Part shown: positions 38,149 through 49,601 of the stretch, piece by piece
Layout of the letters: each line of letters opens with the position of its first letter
Numbering within the stretch: the stretch's first letter is position 1
DNA from: Eledone cirrhosa
Lineage: Eukaryota
Reading direction: 5' to 3'
NCBI GenBank assembly: GCA_964016885.1
Contig: OZ024750.1
Location: forward strand, 7,626,001 to 7,690,000
DNA: 64,000 bases
Made by a program: the position numbers and the translations under genes
Notes under the pieces: model-generated
Databases searched by the model: none
What the model was told of the DNA's origin: nothing
What the model saw: only the letters and a program-made list of their open reading frames with translations

Positions 38149-38483
38149 GACACTCTACCGATACTGCAAAAATAATAATACTTAAAATGAAATGTTCTAC
38201 AATATTTCGTTTTGAAGCTTTTCTTTAAATTTAATGGCCTTTGGCTATTGTATTTTTTAGGCGAATGAAATTAATGCGATAAATAATTCACATGCTGGGG
38301 CTGTGGGGCTGCCAGCACGTGGGACCCCATTTGGTCATAATACAGAGAGATGGGGAGGGCGAGAGAGATGGAGGCGATGACAGTTTGAGTTCGGTTCTTC
38401 CCTGTTCGGACACAATTTTTCAGTAACCAAATAACTTCCTCCTCTATAAAAACACTAGTCACTGCTTAATGCAAATATATATA

Positions 38484-38659
38484 GGAAGTGTGGTAAGATA
38501 CCAGGTGGACCATAACACACCAGAGTACTCGATACTTAGGGTGGTAGAGTGGGTAATAGGAAAAGAGTCAGGACCCCGTTGCTGAGCTCCGGCCGTTTCG
38601 ACAGCTAGATCTAAACTAGCTGTCGAAACGGCCGGAGCTCAGCAACGGGGTCCTGACTC
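38484..38659. mobile_element. Repeat element in a TA tract ending in a perfect 44-bp-arm hairpin; second copy without the fold-back at 53094-53226
   Basis: Arms at 38565-38608 and 38616-38659, loop ATCTAAA; shared GTGTGGTAAGA..CCAGGTGGACCATAAC..AGAGTCAGGACCCCG. Confidence 0.75.
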
Positions 38660-39417
38660 CTCTCCTATATATATATATATGTGTGTGTGTATATGTATCT
38701 GTGAATGTTTTGGAACAATTTAAAGGTATTTATTTTACTATAGTTACTATCCACAGGCTAAAGTATGAATATAGTTTTATTAAGACATATTTGCAGGTTA
38801 GAAATGTCAAATTGTCAAACAATCAAATCACCATTGCATAAGTTAGTGTAGATTTATGATAAGCTAGGAATATTGTGGAACACGAACGTGAGTCTGAACT
38901 TAAATATTGATGTAGATGCGATGGCAGTTGTGAATCGTGTAATCCTTAATTATATTTTCAGTAAACGTTTGTTGTTAAATATATCAAATTGAGGTAGATA
39001 TGATTCCCTGCTATTCCCTTGTCACAACACATCCCCCACTACCAGCCGCTTATTCGTGTCCTTGAGGTAAGCCTTTACCCAACTTCGCCATATTTTATTG
39101 TTTCGGCAGTTTTCCTTTGCGTTGAGTTTCAAATTATTCTATAAATTTCGCATATAAAATGTTTAAATGAGAAGATCAGCAAATAAAATCAATGTCATTA
39201 AATAATTTATATATGACAAGAATGATAAACTATCATAACTTCGTTGAAACGGAAAATAGTGAAAATGTAGGGCAAAATGAGGTTCATAAATTTTAACGTA
39301 TGCGCAGCTGGATATATAACATACATAGCAGTGTTTGTTTCAACACACACACGTATATTTATGTTCCTTTGTATGTATATGTTCCATATGTATGCATAAA
39401 TACATGATGTATATGAG

Positions 39418-39467
<50 letters not shown>

Positions 39468-39897
39468 GCAAATGTGCGTATTTATATACACATGTGCCTA
39501 TATATGTATTAGTGTAGAGATTCTAAGTAAGCTCGATTGTCCTGACAAGTCCGTATCTGCTCTGAGAGGTTTTTATAATGGTATGCAAGCTTGTTAATAG
39601 AGATGGACAGGTGTCAATTCCCCATTTTTGTTGAAAATGGTGTAAAACAAAAGGATGTATCACTATATATACTGTTTGCATTGTATTTTCTATGGTTCTG
39701 CTTATGACATTTGATGACTGCATACATAGAATTTATATCAAGTATCGTTCGACTGGCAACTTGTTTAACACCAGACAGTTTGCTGCCAAAACAAAGGTGT
39801 TTACCTCCTTTATACATATATTTTTATATTCAGATGATTGTGATCTTGTTGCTCACTCTGTGACATGCAGCTCCTGGTGGATTCTTCTTCGGAGGCA

Positions 39898-40229
39898 TGT
39901 GTGTGTGACAGCTCACACTTATGTGTGTGTGTGTGTGTGTGTGTGTGACAGCTCACAACTATGTGTGTGTGTGTGTATGTGTGACAGCTCACACCTATGC
40001 AGGTTTAGCTGGCCTCCTCCAAGGTATATCTCATTGGAGGTGTCTTGGGTAATTTAATGATAGGGAACCCCAGTCCTATAATCTCATTTCTACAGCTGAG
40101 TAAACTGGAGCAACGTGAAATAAAGTGTCTTGCTCAAGGAAACAACACATCACCAGGTCCGAGAATTGAATTCACAACCTTTCGATTGCAAGCCCAATGC
40201 TCGAACCACTAAGCCCCATGCCCCTTCAC
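39898..40229 (-). mobile_element. SINE family B with triplicated GTGAGCTGTCACACA tail
   Basis: Full head and body; the tail motif repeats three times, separated by (CA)n. Confidence 0.87.
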
Positions 40230-40525
40230 ATACAGCACATTGGCATACAGCATTAAGTCTAATATTTAATTTAACCAAGACAGTTGTCATGTTCAACCCT
40301 GCTCCGGGCAAGGATTTCACTGAGACTAGCATTTATTTGCATGGCAAAATGTTGAAGGTTGTGGATAAATGTGTCTATTTAGACAGCGCAGTTAACATGG
40401 TAAACACTCTCGGTGACGAAATCTCATTACACCTAAAGAAAGCATTCTTTTTGTAACTTAGAACGGCATCTGTTGTTTCGACGTGGGATTTCTATTGATA
40501 CAAAATTAAAGGTGTACCAAACATA
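40230..40525 (+). mobile_element. RTE-clade LINE reverse-transcriptase C-terminal fragment
   Basis: NLTKTVVMFNPAPG..IYLHGKMLKVVDKCVYLDS..DEISLHLKKA then RRGISIDTKLKVYQT, matching the RTE KT.VM..YLGS..DEI..RI.KA..TKLKVY pattern. Confidence 0.8.
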
Positions 40526-41902
40526 TGTATGCATACATATGTATGCATTGTATGCATGTGACTTAGTTTTGAAAATGAAACCTTTGTTTGGAGTTGAAGA
40601 ATTGTTCGAGTGCTCTGCTATCATGTCAATCATGTTGCTGCTTATAACCACTCCCAATCTGTTGCGATTAGTTTCATCAGTAAATTTGTAGAATGCCATG
40701 TTGGATAATCCAGTGAATGGAATGAATTGTTTGGAACTGCAGTAATTGTTTCTCTTTACAAGACACCCACATCTGCTTTCTTCCCGAGTATATCAGTATC
40801 TGACACAGCTGCAACATACAGGTCCGAATCAATAACATCTAGCTGATAATTTCTTGATTACCTTGGAATAAGACACGAAGAAAGGAACGTGTTCCATCAT
40901 CATGTAACACAAACAATAACAACAACATACCACAAACATTTAACTCTGTTCAAAGATGGATTGCGATGACTGATTTTGAAGACTTATGCCCTTAATGGTT
41001 ACTAAATTTATGTCAACCGATCCGAGATCATTCAGCGGGTGACTATTTTTTATCTTCACCGAATCCCACACTTATACATATATATACAACTCTCGTAAAG
41101 CCAGGCTGAAATTTGAAGAAAGATTCATAATAAATTAACCAAAGATTTGCTTTCGAGAACCTGATAAAATGTGAGATATTGCACCCCCAGGGATCTATTA
41201 AATCATGGAAAGATTTACAAATAACTGTCATCAACAATTGCAGATCGATGGTGTTTCCAGAACAACCTATCCTACTATTTTAAATTTTAAATCTTTTGTG
41301 AAACGAATATGTCAGTCTCACAAAAATCTGCTTTGAAAATTGCTTTTATACAGAAGGCATAGGGGATAATGGTAATTGTGTTTTGGTCCTCTCGGTTGGA
41401 TCTAGACTTCCTTAGACATATATTTGTTTAGTACATTTATTGTTAGCTTTAATTTAGTCCAGTATTAATCTCAGTATATTCGATTATATTCCAGCATTGC
41501 ATTAGTTGTGATTTCTATAATGAAGACAAGAATTGAAAAACAAATAAATAACTCGCCAATACTAGCAAAGTATATCGTGTCAATGGAGAATATTGTCGTT
41601 GTCTCTACTATCACTGCAAACACAGTCATTATTGTCATTGTCGCTGCTATTGTTACAAGCAGAGTGACTGCTGTTGCTGTTACTGCTTCCGGCTGCACAA
41701 ACAACATTGTGTCTTTCGTTGCTACTGCTCTGAGTCTACAGGTAGTAAACGTGGTATTAATATTAAACGTTGTTTCTTTTAATCTTATTACTGATACTAT
41801 TGTTATTAACACTGCAACTCTTATTATAACTGCAGTAGTTGCTACGTCTTCTGTAGTTGTTGTACATTTTACCTTTGTTCTTCCGGCTCTGGTTAATATT
41901 GG

Positions 41903-42120
41903 TTTCAGATTTAGGCACAAGGCCAACAATTTTGGGGGAAGGGAAAGTCGATTAAATCGACCCCCGCAATTGTTTAGTATCAATATTGGTTTCTAATTAA
42001 ATCAACCCTAGTGTATTACTGCTACTTTATTTTATCGACCCCGTAAGGATGAAAGGCAAAGTTAACCTAGGCAGGATCTGAACTCTGATCGTAAAGGGCC
42101 GTAACTCTATGTCATAAAGC
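41903..42120 (-). mobile_element. SINE family A (long-tail) with an internal insert shared with 36248-36307
   Basis: Family body plus GCAATTGTTTAGTATCAATATTGGTTT..CCCTAGTGTATTACTGCTAC. Confidence 0.8.
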
Positions 42121-43524
42121 ATAATAAAATATCAGTTAATTTGTTAGAATGTTTCGCTCTCGATATCGTGGGTTCGATTCCTGTACCGACTGGTGCGTTG
42201 TGTTCTTGAGCAAAATTACTTTATTTTACGTGGCCCCTTCTTCGAGGTATTGCGAATAAGTGTTTGTATCAGCAATTGAAAGGCGAAAGACAATTTCTTC
42301 CTTTTTTTACTATTAACATTATATGGTAAATAAATCTGGCATATGACTACAGGAGTTCAGTGTATGAGAAAACGCTAAAGATTTAATTCTTTTGAAAAGC
42401 AGAAATACACGTTTTATTGATAATCAATATAAAACAAATGATATAGATCACGTATTGATGCTGATAGAATTCTTAGTAATTGAACGTGTACAATTCGTAT
42501 AATTTGAAGCCTGAACATTCTCTAATAGTTTCTGTTGCGTTTTGATGTGGTTTTGGTTTTGTGTCTTTATAAATTATTTTTGTGGTTTAGGAAATAAGTT
42601 AAGAGTTGATATTTAGCTCCAGCCAAGATAGATAATTTCCTGGTTAGTTTTTCCAGATATTTTGTTGAACAGGAGAATGAATGAGAGGACATCTCGTTGA
42701 GAGCTTCATATCTTAAATGTCATGGAATTTAGATAGATGGAGTGATTTTGTATTGACGTTTTGTTTTCAGCGATGACTGGTACTTTGTAAATATATTTAA
42801 CTTATATTTCAGAGATTGCTCAACGTCAACATAATTATGTGTGTAGTAATTGAGACTATTGATGTTAGGATTACGTAAGATGACGATACTGATACATAGA
42901 ATAAAATATTATAGCCAGTGATTCTGAAGTTGCTTTGGTAATTATAGCTTTTCAGATGATAATTTTGGACATCAGGATATTATAGACAGCGACTCTGATA
43001 CAGCTCTGTTAATTACAGCCTTTTAGATAATCATATGGATCACTTTAAGTCTCCAATATTCAAACTGCACAAGTCGTGTATGTAGGAATTAAGTAGAAAA
43101 GTCCAGTAGCAAGAGATGGGCGTATATTTGGTAATGAACACAGAACTATACTAATTTATACAAACATCTGTACAGTAGCTGAACAACAGAGTAGACAGGC
43201 CTGTTTACTATTTATACTGTGGTTGCTTGGCAATTAGATATTATTGCGTATGTCAAATAAGCATTGACGCCCGAGGGCACGTCTTTCTCAATAAACTTAC
43301 CCCTGAGAAAGATCGGTCCTGTGAGTAGACCAAGGAAATTAGGTTTCTTTGAGTAGATCTAAGAGGTTTAAACTCAGAACCTACAGATACAACACCGTTG
43401 TTGTAAGGCGGTCTTCTAATGCTTTAAAATTCCACTAACCTACCACCACCTGCACTAGTACCTTATATACTGACTCCGAAAGGGTGGGATTTGCTCACCG
43501 TTACCCGTTTTAATATATTAAACC

Positions 43525-43700
43525 AATTGGCAAGAGACCTAGAGGTAGACCCCGAGTAAGATGGTTGGATAACATCCATGAGCTTGGTTGGTCTCACTTG
43601 GAGACGGTATATTCTGACAGGACCTGCTGGAAGGAGTGTTTGAGGACTCTGCCCCCACGACCCTCTCAGGAATAAGTGGGCGAAGAAGCCACGGAAAGGA
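43525..43700 (+). mobile_element. RTE-clade LINE extreme 3' ORF fragment
   Basis: AGACCTAGAGGTAGACCCCGAGTAAGATGGTTGGATAACATC = RPRGRPRVRWLDNI, the RTE C-terminal GRP..RW.D motif. Confidence 0.65.
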
Positions 43701-44450
43701 TGGGACTTGAACACCGAGAACCAGAAAAGAAAATGCTGCAAAGCATTTAATCCTGTATGCTAACGCCTCTGCTAAATTTTATGCAATTTTATATAAATTT
43801 GAAATATAATATAATTGATTGTATCCCAGTATTTATGGATTTACATAATTGACTAATAGTACATTGTAGTTATTGGCAGAAGATTCTGAAGCGATAACAA
43901 GAGGGGGAGTCTAATGATAAAGCCGATGTTCCTGTGTTTTCAAATGAAGACAAGTCTAGTGCATAAAAATTATGATTTGAAAGAATGTTATTTTCTTTAC
44001 TTAATTTGTCTCATCAATACATTAGCATTTATATTCATTCTATCGACCCTATCTGACAAAAGAAACAATCCGTGGATAGAATATATGGAAATAAATCGAT
44101 TTACTCTACATCGCTGCTTCAGACTACATATTCACTATTATTTTAATGTCTCCAAGAAAGTGTTTATATAGTATGTGTTTATAGGAGACACTCAAAAACA
44201 TAGATTCTTCCCTAAAGCTGGTTTTATTCTTCCCTATTCGGTTTCTCCAACAATATTTTTAAACATTCCTTCATTCACGTTATATTAATGATTCAGACAA
44301 CATTAATCTTCTCTCCTTAGAGAGAGGGAGAGAGGAAGAGGGGGGAGAAAAGGTAAGATATGGTGTGTGTGTTGAAAGAGATAACATATGTGATATAATG
44401 AAATACCTGTCAACGTGGTTCAAGTGTTTATGAAGCACTTTTGTTAAAGT

Positions 44451-44845
44451 AATGTTGGTACAATGTACTGTGAGGAAACTGTGGTCAAATGTTAGTACAA
44501 TGTGCTGTGTGGAAACTTTGGTCAAATGTTGGTACAATGTACTGTGTGGAAACTTTGGTCAAATGTTGGTACAATGTACTGTGAGGAAACTGTGGTCAAA
44601 TGTTATTACAATGTGCTGTGTGGAAACTTTGGTCAAATGTTGGTACAATGTACTGTGTGGAAACTTTGGTCAAATGTTGGTACAATGTACTGTGTGGAAA
44701 CTTTGGTCAAATGTTGGTACAATGTACTGTGTGGAAACTTTGGTCAAATGTTGGTACAATGTACTGTGTGGAAACTTTGGTCAAATGTTGGTACAATGTA
44801 CTGTGTGGAAACTTTGATCAAATGTTGGTACGATGTACTGTATGG
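44451..44845. repeat. 37-bp minisatellite, ~10.7 copies
   Basis: Unit AAATGTTGGTACAATGTACTGTGTGGAAACTTTGGTC, head-to-tail with no spacers. Confidence 0.95.
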
Positions 44846-45717
44846 TTTTCACATGAATTATTTGCTAGATTTGCTATTATTTGATAATACCTATAGTTGA
44901 TTCGTTAGATTATAGTAGCAATAGCTATCAGAATTAATCGCAAGTTTCAGATATTATTTAGAATGATTAAAATTCGCCTGAAACAATCATCGTTGACAGT
45001 TGAACGAATTCAGTTTCAAATGGTTTCCAATTTAGACACATGGTCAGCAATTTCGTGTCATGTAAAGGTCAATCGAGTGCTTGATTAGTACTTTTGGGGG
45101 AGGGGAAAAACAATCCCAGTATTTCATTGGTACTTATTTATCAAGACTGAAAGTTCACAATAGGATTTAAAATTAACATGTACAAAGCCGGGACATACAC
45201 AACATAGTATTTGTTTAACGTTCTAACGATTCTGACAACCCACTATCCGTTTTAAGCTGTAATACAACTAATATTTCGAATGAAAAGCAATTTCGATTTA
45301 AGGAGTTGATATTTATAAAGGCATTCAAAGACTATTTACATATAAATCCACACATACACCACATGCGCTCATGCACATATACACATAAACACATCACACA
45401 CATGCATACACATATATTTATGGTCTCAGATAAAGTAGAAAGACAACATATATCATATAAATGTAACATGAAACATTAAGAGCTATAGCAAGCTAACTGA
45501 AACTATGTAATTCACTACTTATATATGGAGCCAATAAGAAAATGACATGAACATTACAGTGGAATAGTTGGGGAAGATTAGTAGTTTCTCCTTACTGAAG
45601 TAAGGACAGTAGAAAAGGCGTTAATGAGACAAGCGAATTTTAACTAAAGATGGTTTATAATGAACCAAGAGCTGAACAATAAACTGTTTATTATACACTG
45701 GAAGTAATGACAAATTA

Positions 45718-46164
45718 TCTATATACTACTAAAACTCTGTCATTGTGTCTTGTCTGTAATATAATAGTCAAAACGGTGCATAATGGGAAAATACTTTGAA
45801 AGGACGTTGCCCCTGAAATGTGAATACGAATGAAATAATACGGGTTTCGCGTAAATCGGAGCACGGGATCCCGAGATACGGGCTTTTTTCGGATACCTTC
45901 CTAAATAGAGAGAGAGAAAGATAAAGAGATACTGGTTGTGAGAGAATAGATTGAAAGAGAGACAGAGAGAGAGAATAGTTACAGGCAAGACATACATATA
46001 GGCCTTCCAATTTCATTATATATTGTTTACATGGCTGTATATTCTAATTATTTTAAAAAGTTTTTAGGTGGACATGATTTAAAAAAAAAAAAATTTTAAG
46101 TGAACAGGATTAAAAAAAAAAAATCTTTAAGTGAACGTGACCCAACGGGTCACGGGTCGTCAAG
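45718..46164 (+). mobile_element. Non-autonomous Helitron
   Basis: A|TCTATATACTACTAAAAC 5' end; 3' hairpin CGTGACCC-AAC-GGGTCACG (46136-46154) followed by CAAG|T (a CTAG variant). Confidence 0.75.
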
Positions 46165-47789
46165 TATCATTCTAATTTCGAAGCAATAGGTTACGATATA
46201 TTGATTAAAGTTCCTTTAATATGGTGTTAAACAGATGTCTGCGTAATCTGAATATTAACAACATGGAGATATTATAGGTGAACCAAGATTTGTGATATAC
46301 ATAACTGGATTAATAAAGAAACGGCGAATCTTGCTTTGTAATCTTCTCTTCAAAATGATATTATGTCTGTTTAGTGTCTACAAAGACTACATAGAAGCAG
46401 AAAGCACTTCAGAATATCGATCTTCTTATCACCTATGCAAACTTAACGAAAAGTGAAGCAGTAATAAAAAGCTGAAGCAAATTGAGATCTTTCACAAACA
46501 CACAGCAAAATTCATCGTACCTCCAATCTTTTATGACATTTTAGCTGCTTGCAGCAGTTCGAAATGTTTAATATGTTAAGAGAAAATTGGTTTCCAAGCT
46601 GAATATTAATGAGGAATAGAAACAATATGGTAGCTATGCAGGTTATCGGTATCTGAAGTTTTTTGTTTAATTTTATGTTATTTTTGCCAGATTGTTGAAA
46701 GTATTTCTGTGTTGAGATATTCTACATATGTTTAAAAGCCTTTAATAACAATAACATGAAACTATTATATATCTAATAGAAAAAAAAGAAGTAACACAAT
46801 TTTATTCACTGCAAACCATTCTCTGATGATAAATATAATATCAAACATTTACTTCAAATAATGGATAAAGTGAAGTTGATCAAATTGTTATATTGTTGAA
46901 TGTATACATGTGTCTATTTTACACTTGCGTATGTTTGACTATGTATGCATGCAGTGTGTTTATATTTCTACATTAACAACACCAAACTCTTAATAAGCCA
47001 TTTCTAGCAATACTCGTAACTATAGATGTAATATTTAAACGTCAAAAGCAGTAGTGTTTCCGTTTGTTGTATTCTTGCAGTTCAGAAGATTAAGAGATTA
47101 GTAAGATTTTAGAAAGATACATCTTTAGTTGTTGTTGCTAGCGTTCTGTCCCCGATTCCTGGAAACAAACCGATGATGAAAGGCATTATAAAACTGTTGT
47201 TATTCTATTTCCAGAAAGTGTGTCGAGAACGTATATATCTATTATATCATTTCTCATTTTAAACGGTATATGCGAGTGTTAGGGAGATTTGGCTGGTGTT
47301 TCTAGCAGGGCTTCCTTCGTTGGCTCGTCACTTAAATATAGTTATCAGGCCTACGGCAGGAGAACATGTAATGCATTGTAATAGAAGATCAATTAGCTGC
47401 TTATATCTGATACATGTACTGTTCAAGCCGTAAAAGTCAGTTAATTAGGCATCACATTACACCCTACAGTCATTATAATCATGGATTATCTGAAGAAGCA
47501 AATGTAACTCCATCATATATACAGTTCTATGTATACTTTTGGAAAACATCACAATGGGAATATAAAGAAATGAAGCAGTTAATTGAAGTTACAAGTTAGA
47601 GTTCAGATTTGAAATCCTTGCACAGGCAGCTGGAACAAATACCGCAAGGTATTTTTCCCTACGATCTAATATTTTCATTTATTTGCTGTTGCTAAAAACA
47701 GAGTGATCTCCCGCAAAGGGACCCAAGAACCAAGTTATAGTGTTAATCCAAACTCCGTATTAGTCCTGCCCCTGATCTGTATTGTAATG

Positions 47790-48174
47790 TACTCTCAGGT
47801 CTCGAATAATCGTCCCCACTACCGCGTATTAATTTTACAGATTTTTTCCATCCCGCCCCTAATATCCAATTTTACTGTTCTATCTCCAGTGAGATTTTAT
47901 TTACATTATAAAACATAATACGTGACAAAAAAGTACATTACTAGAAATCCCATACGTTATAAAATAAATAGGATGGGTCGGGGGTCTCAATACGTAAACT
48001 AAACGACTAATCCTGGTTTAAAAAAAAATATCAACAGAGACAACATAGAAATTTACTGATACAACCCAACCTATTCCAACTCCTTCGCTTAATCCTTCCC
48101 GGCTTATTGAAATCCTTCATTTATTCCACTCCTCGTTTATTTCAACCCCGTCTATTATTTGGGACCCGATGGTA
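47790..48174. mobile_element. Degenerate TA-flanked MITE (Tc1/pogo-like)
   Basis: TACTCTCAGGTCTCGAATAATCG versus the reverse-complemented right end TACCATCGGGTCCCAAATAATAG. Confidence 0.5.
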
Positions 48175-49074
48175 GACAATAAACACAGCTTTACAGTTAA
48201 TCTATTTGTAGAAAATATTACGTCGAATATGATTAATTCATTTAAATTGGCATGGCTATGTTTTGACAGATTCATTTACTATATTATTCCATCGATAATA
48301 GCTGTTTGAAATAAATGTTCCAGGCAATACACATTGCAAATATTTTTTGTTATATTTTCAATAATCATATTATGGGATTTTCAACATTTCTTCTTTTTCA
48401 GTCGCCATCTAAATTATTTTAACAAAGAAAGTAATCATTATAGCAGAAATAGCGTTTAAAATGTTGAACACTGAATTCTTGTTAATTCAATACAAGTCCA
48501 ATGTAGAGAATTATTGTAGTCAATTGACTCAGGTGATGCATAATAAAGAGATCACAAAGAATTATAAAATACAATCAACTTATTACAATATGTCAAAATA
48601 TCTTTTCCTTTGCATTTCCTTGTTTCATGTAGTCTGTATCTAGAGAGATGAGTGAGTGAGTGTTAGAAAGTGCTAGAATATATTACCTGTGTGATTTGTG
48701 TTGGCAGTAAGTTAGGTTTCAGATAGACAACATTGATGTGATGGCAAATTAACTTTCGTCAGTCTTAAATGAACGGGAGTTTCATCGTTCGAGTGCCATT
48801 TTAATTCAAAGACAAGTTAACATCGATCTGCAGTAGATTACGTTGACCCACTTAGTTGACTGGTATTGTATATATAGAGACGAGAATGATGAAAGGCAAA
48901 ATTGACCTCGTTGAGATGTGAACTTAGAACGTAGATAACCGGAAGCATAGACACAAGGAATGTTAATCGACGCTCTAACGATTCTGTCAATCTTCCCCCG
49001 AACGATTCTGTCAATCTAACCCCGTTATAACCAACCATAATATTAAATACTCTATCACTCTATTACGTGTTCCA

Positions 49075-49601
49075 GTCGACAGGATGCTGTTGCTCTTATT
49101 TGTGCTTCGCCTCGTGCTGTGAGGGTTATCTTGGTCAGTAGAATGTCAGATGTCTTGAAAACATCTACATGTACACTATGTAGATCTCCCAAACTCTTTG
49201 GCAGCTTGTTAAAAGGCGAAGGTCCCTTGAGCACCAGGCTATTGCAGTATGTGGTCCCTATTCTTGATGCGACGGATTGGACCTGTGGCACTACACAGTG
49301 TTGTTTCCTTTAGCAAGACACTTTGTTTCACATTGCTCCAGTTTACTCAGCTGAGTCCCTATCATTAAATCACCCAAGACACCTCCAGCGAGATGTACCT
49401 TTGGGGAGGCCAGCTGAACCTGCATAAGTGTGAGCTGTAACAACAACAACTACACAGTGGCGTCCTTTTTATGGGCTGGTCCTGCCTCCAATGCCAAAGT
49501 TTAGAGCTAACCCTTCCAGGATCTTCCATATGTATATCAATACGTATCTCTCCCGTCTTCTCTCCAGGGAGTAGAGCTTTAGTTTCTTCAGCCTCTCCCA
49601 T
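49075..49601 (-). mobile_element. CR1-clade LINE ORF2 C-terminal fragment interrupted by a SINE
   Basis: WERLKKLKLYSLERRRERYVLIYIWKILEGL, then YCNSLVLKGPSPFNKLPKSLGDLH..VDVFK. Confidence 0.85.
49301..49448 (+). mobile_element. 5'-truncated SINE family B with 11-bp TSD and (ACA)n tail
   Basis: TSD ACTACACAGTG at 49290-49300 and 49449-49459. Confidence 0.85.

Noticed and set aside
41471-41996. Two long overlapping ORFs (170 and 162 aa), Thr/Val/Ile-rich
   Set aside because: They are a decayed trinucleotide (GTT/ACT/ATT) tract running into a SINE tail, open on both strands because of low complexity.
44451-44845. CRISPR-like 37-bp repeats
   Set aside because: The units are contiguous with no unique spacers, there are no cas genes, and the context is eukaryotic.
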